Below, in pieces: positions 1-10,411 of a stretch of 44,948 bases of DNA. How positions within the stretch are numbered: position 1 is the stretch's first letter; the number at the start of each line of letters is the position of its first letter. The notes beneath the pieces are model-generated. The model ran no database searches. It was not told the DNA's origin and worked only from the letters and a program-made list of their open reading frames with translations. The stretch covers positions 1-44,948 of the forward strand of contig MU619420.1 in NCBI GenBank assembly GCA_025201805.1, read 5' to 3'. Position numbers and translations under genes: made by a program. This DNA comes from Parasitella parasitica NRRL 2501. Taxonomy: Eukaryota; Fungi; Mucoromycota.

Positions 1-225
1 GCTTTGAGCTCCTTTGATGTCACGTGATCTAAGGCTTGAAATTTCCAGATCCTTCTGTTGTAAAAGTTTTTTCAGTTCAGTATTCTCTTTTTCCAACATA
101 TCCAGACGCGACAGTATCCCATCATGTTGATTAACTCGTTCAGTAACTGAAGTAAGTTGTTGTTGAAGTTGTTGCAGTAGCAAATGTAGTTAATTCATGT
201 CCATAATTTGTAGATTATCAGTCAT
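1..225 (-). mobile_element. 5' end of probable non-LTR retrotransposon (LINE-like) ORF1, coiled-coil N-terminus, with a premature stop; runs off the window edge
   Basis: Minus strand from ATG at 225 reads MTDNLQIMDMN*LHLLLQQLQQQLTSVTERVNQHDGILSRLDMLEKENTELKKLLQQKDLEISSLRSRDIKGAQS. It is intronless and heptad-rich, with an in-frame TAA at 190-192. The resemblance to Mucorales LINE ORF1 N-termini is from recall, not a search. Confidence 0.4.
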
Positions 226-456
226 GGTTGGTAGAATATATTTTTTATAAATTTAAAATTTAAAAAAAAAAAAATATGAAGCAGTTGTTCGACAAGGCTG
301 AAACTATAACAAAAGATACTCTAATATAAGGCAAGTATATTGGTATAATTTCGAGTTGATTGCGTTACTGACTGTCGAGAAAATACGTTTTTTGTTGAAG
401 TGAAAGTGTTTCTACCAGGATAGGGTGGCAAAAAGTGATAAAAAAACGAAAGAGAT

Positions 457-529
457 GCTTCCTTGGCTCAGTCGGTAGAGCGTTAGTCTCATAATCTGAA
501 GGTCGCCAGTTCGATCCTGGCAGGGAGCA
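457..529 (+). tRNA. tRNA-Met (CAT), elongator type, intronless
   Basis: Acceptor stem GCTTCCT/AGGGAGC plus discriminator A, D-arm GCTCAGTCGGTAGAGC, anticodon loop CTCATAA, T-arm GTTCGATC. Closely matches yeast elongator tRNA-Met; G1 start and TTC T-loop argue against initiator. A T-run terminator follows at about 532-536. Confidence 0.96.
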
Positions 530-929
530 TATTTTTCTCATCGCATGAGACTGTGGTGTATGAAGATTGAAGTCCTTTTTTTAAATTTTTTCATGCATTG
601 GACACTCTTGTCAATCCACTTATTTCTTTTAAAACTAAACATAGAGCTTGTGGAATTCGTAAAGATGATTTTTTTTAGCTGTTATTAAAGTCAATTATAT
701 CACGACAATTTAATCTGTCAATGTCAAATTCATATTTTAACATCAAAGGAAGCGGAAAATCATGCATCGTTACATCTGATCCATAAAGCAAACTATCCCT
801 CTTCTTTCTACAACATTCCATCTTGATTACAAACCAAAATTGTTTATCAATGACTTATATATATAGAATAATTGAAAAGACATCCTTAAAAATTTCACAA
901 GCATACCGTATTTTATATTCTTTGAAACT

Positions 930-1621
930 TTATTTGTCTCGGTCGTGAACTGAGAAATTCTTCTTCGTCAATATAGGATGCGTGGCTCTTCTAAGGGTAA
1001 TGGCAGATTCAAGATCAAATTTATAATGCTCGACAATCTTGGATATTGCTGGTTTAATTTTTTTTTTGGAAATATGTTTTGTAAAGTCAACAACATTGTC
1101 TTTGCAGTCTTTGCTATCAACTATGTATCGCAGAGCTTCTTCAGCTCCCAAGTTCTTTAAGAAGAAGCTGGGAGGACGATGAATGTACTGTGGTCCCCAT
1201 TTTGAAGAGAGTTGTTTCTGCTGCTGTTGCTGTTCTGAAGATTGCTGTCGTTTGATTCCTTTTGGTTCTTCTCAACAATGTCATTTTTTGCCACCAATAC
1301 AGCACTTGCTTCAAAGTTGTTTGTATTTTGGAGTCAGAATAAATTCATGATGTGAGAATTCATCATTACTTTCTCAATAACTGGTTTTCTTCTCTTGGCT
1401 TTGTTAGCTTTTTCAAAATCAGGATGATTTTCGAAAGAGTCTAATGCTGACTCATACAAGTTTGAAACAATTATAGCATCGGATGCCGTGTCAATAATCA
1501 AGTATTTGGAGAGGATTTGTTTGATCATGTCGAGCGTGTTCCATTTTTCAATACTATTGGTATTCAAGAACTTAATAATATCTTGTTCTACTTTTGCAGT
1601 ACTTTCAGAGAGTAAACTCAT
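930..1621 (-). pseudogene. Degenerate coding remnant of unknown family (stop plus frameshift)
   Basis: ORF 1334-1621 (MSLLSESTAKVEQDIIK...) continues past a TGA and, after a frameshift, reads GIKRQQSSEQQQQQKQLSSKWGPQYIHRPPSFFLKNLGAEEALRYIV into ORF 930-1151. Composition is protein-like but no domain was recognised. Confidence 0.4.
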
Positions 1622-4197
1622 TTTTGCGAACACAGTTGTTTAAAATATGGGAAAGAAGAACTGCTCTTTTTTTTTCACGCGAACATGTATTGTAGAAAAA
1701 AGTATGTTATTGTAATGAGTTGCCCAAAGAAAAGTAATTGATGGCAAGGCACAACTTGATTTATTTTGACGCGATGTATTACGTTCTATACATTTTCATA
1801 ACCTCTTGGTAATAGTAGTTTGTGCGATTAACTTTATGGTTAGGAAAAATACTCTAGTAACATCAGGTAATGACACGAAATAGCAGAATGTTTCAATACA
1901 ATAAATCTGGATAAAACCATATTGATAAAATATAGAAGATTGGATTAATCAAGGAAATACGAGCTTAAAGTAGAGAAGGTAAATATCAACACCAATTATT
2001 CTTCAGTTGAAGCTGGCCGTTATGATATTGATTCGTTTTAAGATTTAGTTTGTATTAATTGAATCTCTACGTTATGTACGCGGATCAATCAAAGACAAAT
2101 TTTTTTAAAAAAAAAAATCTCTACGTTTTATAGAGCGGTTTATTACGTGTCGATTTTATTCATTTATTTTGAAGTAAATGACCTAGCTATTGATGCTTAT
2201 CATTTGAATGGTGCCTCTTCCTGAGGTAAATGAGCTATCAGTGGATACTTACTTTGTTTAGCGTTTAAAAAGCAAGACCTATCAAAAATTTCTTAGGATG
2301 TCCAAGCTTTTCGCTGATCAATCAAAGCTTCCTACTACTATTCCATCTTTTAGCAAGTAATCAAAATAAAAATTTTCAAATCCTATAGTAGATAGAATAA
2401 TAGAAATAGTTGATTTATTATTACATTTATATATTGGTCATATTCGTGCACTCTGCGAGCTATGAGTGAGCGTGAATCCTAGCTTTTTTTTTTTGGCGGT
2501 ATTGGGGTATACAAAAGATTTGTTTAAATTATAACAGCACAAGGTTGCTCTATGACATCTTTCACTATACAAATTAAATCTGCTTCGATGTAGTTCTTAA
2601 TAAATTTCGGTAAGTGCCCTTGACTTGAGTTTAAGATAGAAGTCATCAGACATAGATGATGGTTTAGTTAATTGTTTTCTTTTAAAAATATTTGAGCCAA
2701 TTCATAAAAAATGGAATGGTGGTAAGAAGTTTTGATTCAGCTTAACACACTCTAAGAAATTCATAATTTTTAACCGCAGATCACTGTACACATATCAAAC
2801 AAGAATAAATAGCTAACCTGCACTTGTGAATTGTAAACAAGTTATCATTTTTAATATAAAACAATGATTACATAACATTTGATGATATATTACGTGTTTG
2901 AAATATAATTAGGTGTGCCGATCCTTCATTTGGACTTGTTCTTTGGCTCGTGCGGACTGAAAAATTCATTTAGGTACCCATTTTCGATTTAATTGTAAAT
3001 GATTTGTTTGTAAATGAAGTGGAATGACTATTCATGAAAAAGGGTCTAATACATTGCCAAGTGAAAGTGAAAATGTTATACATATTTGGTCTAAAAATAA
3101 TGATGAAGTCTGGCAAACATAGAAACCCAAAAATAGTGCGAACCATTCGTGCATTTAGCCAAGATATGTACTTGGATGTGTAGAATTCAAAATGAAAATA
3201 AAATCATTTTTTTTTTTTTTTTTTTTTTGTGTACTCTGTATGCAGCAAAAATTCAGGAGACCGTTCGTTCATGTTTGTATGTTTGTGTGTCAGATTAAAA
3301 GGGCTACTTTATGCATGAATCGCATTCTATATTTTCGTTCTTGTGTGTGTAATATACCTAGCAACATGATTGATAATAGATAAAAAAGTAGATTCAGAAG
3401 GGCGTCCAAGGTGATGTCATTTGAATCAAAGCAAAGAGTGCTTGGAAAGGGATCATCAAAAGTGGCTTCGTATTGTTTAGTCTGATGCAAGAATGACCAT
3501 GTACACACATTTGATTGTTGTCGTCAATATGGTTCAACAACAACAGATGTACTGTGCACATGGAACGTACACTACACAATGCGATCGGAATAACACACTC
3601 ATAAAAAAAAAGAAAAAAAAAAGGAGATACCTTTGCTTTCACTCTGAAATTGGCTTAGATGATGGAATATGCATAAAGAAATGTTAGTTTAGAATCATTT
3701 GATACGATTGTGCTACACAAGACGTTTTATTTCAACTCAGTGATATTTTGAATGGAATAACAGTATTTATATATATCACAAAAGAGAGGAGAAGAAGAAC
3801 AAGTAAAAAGAGAGAGGTCGATAAAGAGAGAAAGGAACTATTCCAAAACAAACGTATCGCCTCCTCCAGCGTCTCCTCTCTCTCTCTGTCCCTCTGTCTC
3901 TCTCTTATCTCCCCTAATTTGGTGTAAAATGTATGGCTCTCCTTGATTCCAATTCCCAGCCTTTTTGTTTATGTGCCATCAATTTGTTTTTACTATAAAA
4001 GCATAATACTAATTAGCATTTGCTTGTTTTCTTTCTTCTTTTTTTTTCCCTTTTATAAATACATCTCTCTCTTTCTCTCTCTTTTTTCTTTAAATTTTTT
4101 TTTTACCCTCTTCATATATCATCGTGCTGGTTCACGTTATTCTATACATATTCATACACTCACATAAAACTTCCCCATTCCAAAATCCTTTTGTAAA

Positions 4198-5354
4198 ATG
4201 ATGAGCATTACCTTAAATAAACCCTACTCAACCTCGCCTAGTGCCACCAGAAGAAGAACACACCTCAAACCAAGCCAAGTTGCTGTATTACAAGAAACAT
4301 TTGTAACAAACACACTGCCTGATGCTGCTGTTCGATCTCAGCTAGCTCATGAGTTAGGTGTCACTGAACGCACTGTTCAAATCTGGTTTCAAAATAGACG
4401 AGCCAAAGCTCGCAAACTAGAAGCAAGTAGTGGCGGTTCAATGTCTTCTCTGGTACCAAATGTTAGAACTGGCTGGATTGAGTTGCCAAAGCCAATTCAA
4501 CACCAACAGCAACATTGCCATCAAACAGAGCAGCATTTGCATCAACAAGAGCAACATCTGCACCAACACCAACACCAACCAGAAACCAACCCTTTCCGTT
4601 CTTTAATGACAACTGACATCTATGAAAATGAACCTACCATCAAGCGTAGACCTAGATCATGTTCTAAGCCTGAAAAGACCTCAAATTTCATGTTATCAAC
4701 GCCACCTCAGCGAGCCATGTCGGAAGGCATGGGCCGAGTTGAAACTAATCAAGGTAAATTATTTTATTACCCCTGAATACATACGCTCATCGCTAACCTT
4801 TTATTCATAGATCCTAAGCCAATTATTTCATTCCCTGTGCAAGGCATTCGAATCGGTACCTGGGCAAGATTTGCAAGACAAATATCTAGCAATGAATGGG
4901 ATCTGTTCTGCTTTAGTGACCCCACTGTACGCCAGTTGATCTGGCAAGTCCAAGATGGTGGACACCAATTCAGAATTGAAGTTGATTTTGAAAACATTCA
5001 GCAAATCAGACTAGGTCAAATCCAAAACGACATTGGCCAGCTGGACATTGACATTGAGCCCAAAGCCATCATCTCTTTCTCAATGCGTAGAAATGGCGTT
5101 GATCAAGACTGGGTTAGATGCAACGATTTCACTGAAAACCAACAAGCAAGCAGTTATGAAGCTGGTTCTCATGCTCTTCAAGGTTCCCATGACAACCTTC
5201 GACAATCATTGTTGGAATTGATCTCTCATGCACCCGATTTGGCTGCTAAGCTTGTCATAATTCCAGATAACAACTATCTTTGTCGTGATTTGACTATTTC
5301 TCCTTCAGCCACACCTGAACCATCATTTAGTAACATGAACTCTGCTGCTACCAC

Positions 5355-5388
<34 letters not shown>

Positions 5389-5583
5389 TCATCGTGGTTA
5401 GTCGATCCTGCCAAGAACCCCTGGAACCCCTATTTCCAGCACTCATCTTATGATCCATCTTCCTCGTGGACTTATTTGAACATGCTTCAACAACAACAAC
5501 AACAGCAGCAACGGGACCAAGAAACCCATTTATTGACCAATCAACATGACCAAAACAATGTTGTAATGAATAATTTCTTGTGA
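4198..5583 (+). CDS. Homeodomain transcription factor with C-terminal PH-like domain (Phx1/HOY1 type), about 442 aa; exons 4198-4753 and 4811-5583
   Basis: Homeodomain RRRTHLKPSQVAVLQETF...LGVTERTVQIWFQNRRAKARK. A GT-AG intron at 4754-4810 joins the frames. Exon 2 has IRIGTWAR...DLFCFSDP...HQFRIEVDFENI...WVRCNDFTENQQAS, typical of Phx1/HOY1-like proteins. Confidence 0.9.
5356..5387 (+). repeat. (GCT)n coding microsatellite (poly-Ala); a (CAA/CAG)n poly-Gln tract follows at about 5488-5511
   Basis: Direct reading of gctgctgct... and caacaacaa... inside homeobox exon 2. Confidence 0.9.
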
Positions 5584-5817
5584 TAATTACTCGTTTGCTC
5601 GTAGTACTGTTTCAGAAAAATAAAAATAAAGATATTAATTTAGCCAGTTGCTCAATCATCATGACCTCCATGTTTGTTTGTTTTGTGGGTATATATGTCG
5701 CATATTGCTTGTTTCTCATTTGCTGATAAGTCTCCACAGACCCAATCACAGTAGTTCTCACAATTTAACGAGTTGCGCGACTGAAAATTCTTCTTTGCGC
5801 TTTTTTTTTTCTACAGC

Positions 5818-6686
5818 ATGTCAACCACGACCGTATACAATGACTCACATAGACTGTTTTTGCAGTCCATGTTTTCAAAAAGAATTGTAACTGAACAAGA
5901 AGCCAGGCGGCTATTTGACGACATCTGCTATACTACATCTAGTAAGACAAGAGAGCACGCCCTGCCAATCAACCAAATCTTATCAAGTTTTTCACTTTAG
6001 ATCCTTCAGAAGTGGAGTTTTCTACATTCGTATCTACGTTAAACAAAGAGCTGGATACATTAGATTACGCTCTTCGATTATCTCGAAACGAACAGGATGG
6101 CGAAATGTATATAGTCATGGTCAACACAAATCAAGATTCCATGACCGAACTAGCTACAAACTACACTGCAATTGACATGGCCTATATCCGTGAATTGGTA
6201 CAAACAGTGCTGCATACACTTTTACAAAACACAAGCAATTAATACTTGAACTCTTACTAGTATGAAATCATTATCAACGCCGATAACGAAAACTTTGGTA
6301 TTACTGCGCTAACAGCGATACATTTAGGTGGCAAGATGGCTCCAAAACTATCTGCAAAAGAGGTCCAGACGTTGTTAGACAAATTGGTAGACGATCAATG
6401 GGTTGGGCTTGAAGAAGGCAATTACTACCTTACTACTCGCTCCATTGCAGAATTACAAGATTATTTCAAGCAACTGTACAGCGATACTATTCTGGAATGT
6501 ATATTTTGTTTGGACATGGTAACTATGGGTGAACATTGTGCCAATGCTCAATGCAGCGTTAGACTTCATAAACACTGCGCAGACAGCCAGTTTAATAACT
6601 CTGTTGATCCAAAATGCCCTACTTGCAGTACAAGATGGGATCGAAACGATACATTTGGCCTCGGTCTATGTACAGACTCTTCTTGA
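5818..6686 (+). CDS. NSE1: Smc5/6 complex subunit Nse1 (RING-like E3 ligase); introns about 5943-6000 and 6199-6260
   Basis: N-terminus YNDSHRLFLQSMFS, ...MVNTNQDSMTELATNYT..., LTTRSIAELQDY, and C-terminal C4HC3 RING CIFC...C...C..RLHKHC...KCPTC...W. Confidence 0.9.
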
Positions 6687-7017
6687 TTTCTCTCTCTTGA
6701 TTAAAAGTTTACATCAAGAACAAAAATAACAGCAAAAGTACCACTTTATGGATCAACCTGAATCAGGCTACTTGGGATATTGAGGCATATTACTGTAGAA
6801 TAATTTGCTAGGGAGGGGGAGGGGAGGGGAAAGGTTTTATTATATACACTAGAGTTAATTTCTAAAAATAAAACAACTATATACATGTCATTCTCACAAT
6901 GCATTGTTTGCTTGAAACAGTGTATACCACGTATTTTTATCATGTACCGAATTTTTATTTTGTTATTAAATATCAAGACAAATTCTTTAAATTCATCTGT
7001 AAATTATTCCCTTGCGA

Positions 7018-8792
7018 TTACAAATCTTTCTCAGTATTGCCGTCATGATTATTGCTGGCAGCATCAACATTAGAAGAACCAGGTGTACCAGGGGCATTAG
7101 CAGCTTCCACATCAGGATTAATAGAACCGGGAACATTGGCATTAGCGTGGAAATCATGTGCAAACTTTCTAACATAATTATCTACATATTCTCTCACATT
7201 TAAATTAGTAATCAAGCCATCCAAACCATTCTGAATAGGCTGCTGACAATCTTGACAAGCAAAGTCGTTCTCCATTAAATGCACCCGAATGCATTCATCG
7301 CAAAAACTAGCGCCACAGCAAGGGGTAGTTGTAGCTTCTCTCAAAATACCATTACAAATGGGGCATTGGAGATGCTTCGGAACAGGAATCGAATCATACC
7401 AATCCATTAAATCGCCTGCGGATGAAGCACCTAGGCCGATGGTGGTAGCTGCTTTAGCCACATGCTTATCCCACGAAGAGGAGTCGGCTTGTGCAACTAC
7501 GATATCACCCTTGGGTGTTACCATTAGGCCGCCAGTGCCTGCTTTGACAGCATTCTTGGGCTCTTCAATCACTTTGAGGAAACTGCGGGGAATACCTGTG
7601 GTACGCTTGATTCTAGGATGCTTGTCATAGTCCTTGTCACCATTGGTAGGACATTGATTGATATAATGACCTTTGTTTTTGTATGAGTTTTAGCATACAC
7701 GCCAAGTTATAACACCCCTTCCTTGAGTTACCTTTTTGTCCACATCGATAACACACATAAGTAGGAGGAGGCACACGTTGTGGCATTTGGCCGTCCTTAT
7801 TTTCTGGCAAGTCTCTATGGGTAGGCCCACCAGGAGAGCCTTGAAATCCGCCTCTTCCACGCCTGGCATCTCCACCACCACGAGCATTATAAGGAATATA
7901 CTGTTGTCTAATCCAGCAGAGAAATAAGAAACAAATCACAAGAATTAACAGGGCATAATATCAATCAATACATTGCAACAAACGAATTTCATTTTTAATT
8001 AAATAAACAGATTAACACAGCCAGAATCTACAATCTTTCTACTACTGTCTTGCTTTTTGCTCGCACAATGTCGATTCCTTCTCCCTTCCCCGTCCCTCGC
8101 CCCCCCCCCCACACACACACAAAAAAACAAGCTAAAACTAGTACTTACTCTGCTAATCTTTCTTGCATCGCACCCCATTGATCTGTTGTTTGCTGAAACA
8201 TGGCTTGAATCCTAGCTTCTTCAGAGTCGTCTTTGGGTCCATCTCCTTCATTTTTGTCGCCGTCTCCAGCAGCGGGTAGCTGAGGCGGTTTGTTGGTTGG
8301 TTGAGGTCTTTGGGCGTTGAGTACCATGTTTCGACCACCACTCAAGTTGTGAGGCCCGCTTCCTCCACTCGCGCCTACACCGCCTGGTCCACTCGATGGC
8401 CCTCCTTTCATTATCCCAAATCCTCCTGCTCCTTTTCCGTCGGTCGGTAATACGCCCAATACATATCGCTGTGCTGTTCCTTTACCAGGCCTTGCGGCCG
8501 GCAGTCGTCTCACAATGACAGACGTGTTTCTCGGGACTACAAATACATCGTCTTTGTACTCTACACGCATGTGGTTAATGATAGTAATGTACACGATGAC
8601 ATCAATTGGACACTAACCTTCGTCAGTCTGTGCGTTGTAAACAGCAATATCAAATTCAGTGCCCTTTCCAAATTTCTTTGCTCTGATGATTTCGCGTTTT
8701 AAATCAAATACTGTGGCTCCTGGTCCATCGAATGTAAATACATCGTAATCAGAATCCTTTGCAGACCTAAGCTTATAATAAATGACAGACAT
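7018..8792 (-). CDS. MPE1: Mpe1/RBBP6 3'-end processing factor (DWNN ubiquitin-like, zinc knuckle, RING); exons 8792-8618, 8560-8149, 7907-7732, 7670-7018
   Basis: MSVIYYKLRSAKD...VFDLKREII...VPRNTSVIVRRLPA (DWNN), PPPTYVCYRCGQKGHYINQCPT (CCHC knuckle), IKRTTGIPRSFL, CPIC...TPCCGASFCDECI (RING). Confidence 0.95.
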
Positions 8793-8916
8793 GGTTTTGT
8801 TGAATGAGGAAAGAAACAAGGCTTTTGGGGAAAACGTATGGCTGCCGCATTCAAATCAAATTGACTACTTTTTTTTTTTTTTTTTTTTTTTTGGCCTTCT
8901 TCTTCATTTGGATAGC
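8793..8916. promoter_or_regulatory. Very short bidirectional promoter (124 bp ATG to ATG) with a poly(dA:dT) tract
   Basis: Divergent start codons of MPE1 (8792) and UTR4 (8917), with a T24 run at 8869-8892. Confidence 0.7.
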
Positions 8917-10030
8917 ATGGAGAATTACGATACTGTTATTCTTGACATCGAGGGAACAATAACTCCCATCACATTTGTCAAGGAGGTTTTGGTAATTGAG
9001 CAAGAAATGCGTACACAGTGTATTCTTTATCTTAATTCCTTGGCAGTTTCCGTATGTCACTTCTGGCTTGTCTACTTTTTTAGACAGAGCTTGGGATTCC
9101 AAAGAGCTCAAGAGTCAAATTGAGTTGCTGCGTGAGCAGGTACTACACACGTGTGCTGAAAGTGTAATTTCTTGATATTCACAAGCTCAATTACAGGCAA
9201 AGAAAGATGTCGATGCCCATATCAACCAAGCTGTCATTATTCCCCATGAATCAGAAGCGTAAATATAGCCATCAAAACTTTGTATAGCCTCCCAACTAAT
9301 ACCAGGGATTTTCGCAGATCTGCTGCCGAAATCAAGTCTGCCGTTATCAAAACCATCACCTGGCAAATGGAGGCAGATCGAAAAATTGGCGCTCTTAAAT
9401 CTTTCCAAGGTTACATGTGGAAGGAAGGCTATGAGTCTGGCGAGCTTCGTGGTGAGTAAGTGCACATAAATGTATATGCGGTTGTGACATGTGCCTTTGG
9501 ATTGAACAAGCCTTTGCAGAGTTTATGATGATGTTATTCCTGCGCTAGATAAATGGAAAGCTGCCGAAAAGAGGATTTACATTTACTCGTCCGGCAGTGT
9601 CCCAGCACAAAAGTTACTGGTTGGATATTCGACAAAGGGTGATTTAATGAGTGTAAGCACTTTTTTAGTGGCAACAATGGCCGTTTGCTAATAGGCTTCT
9701 TTTTGGTGAATAGTATTTTTCTGGTTATTTTGATACTAGTGTTGGGTTAAAGGTAGACAGTGCATCCTACAAAAATATTGCCCAGCAGATTGGGAAAGAA
9801 AATGACACAGGGCACATCTTGTTTGTTACTGATAACATCAATGGTAAATTCATGCACAGACAATTCATCAACAGTTCTTGACTAAATTTTTTTTTTTTTA
9901 AAAAAAACAAGAAATCTTTGCTGCTGCTGAAGCCGGATATCAAGTGGTCATTTCTGATCGCCCAGGCAATGCTTCTTTGGGTTCTGAAAGTAAAAACTAC
10001 AAGATTGTTACATCCTTTGACCAAATTTAA
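8917..10030 (+). CDS. UTR4: Enolase-phosphatase E1 (methionine salvage, HAD family); 6 predicted introns
   Basis: ILDIEGTITPITFVKEVLFPY, WQMEADRKIGALKSFQGYMWKEGYESG, IYIYSSGSVPAQKLL, YFDT.VG.K...SY..I, LFVTDN.NE. Confidence 0.95.
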
Positions 10031-10411
10031 ATAAAGAGAAAGGGCTTTGCTCAAATTAACGCATTCCAAGCTGAAATTTGTTCAAAGAGGTAACATTGCT
10101 GCGCAATAGATATATGTCAGATCAAATCAGGGGTAAAAGTTTATTTTCAGTACAGCACCTGTTCTTTGAAACACAATAGTTTGTTGACACAGACTGAGCA
10201 GCCGCCTTCATTTTTACACACTCCTTAATGGAATGATTTATAGTGCTTGGCTGTAGTTCTGCTGGATAGCCTGTGTCAAAGTTTATCTGCCGAGTTGCAG
10301 GTATAGGCAGGGCTTAACTTTTTGTGGCACTATTTGTAAAGAAAACACTTACACAGGGCTTAATTTTGAGCAAGGTTGAGCGTCCTTTCTTTCCTTACTC
10401 CTTTTATCAAA

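Noticed and set aside
3192-4167. Short ORFs upstream of the homeobox gene
   Set aside because: Low-complexity poly-T/poly-A and CT-derived frames without splice structure or domain features.
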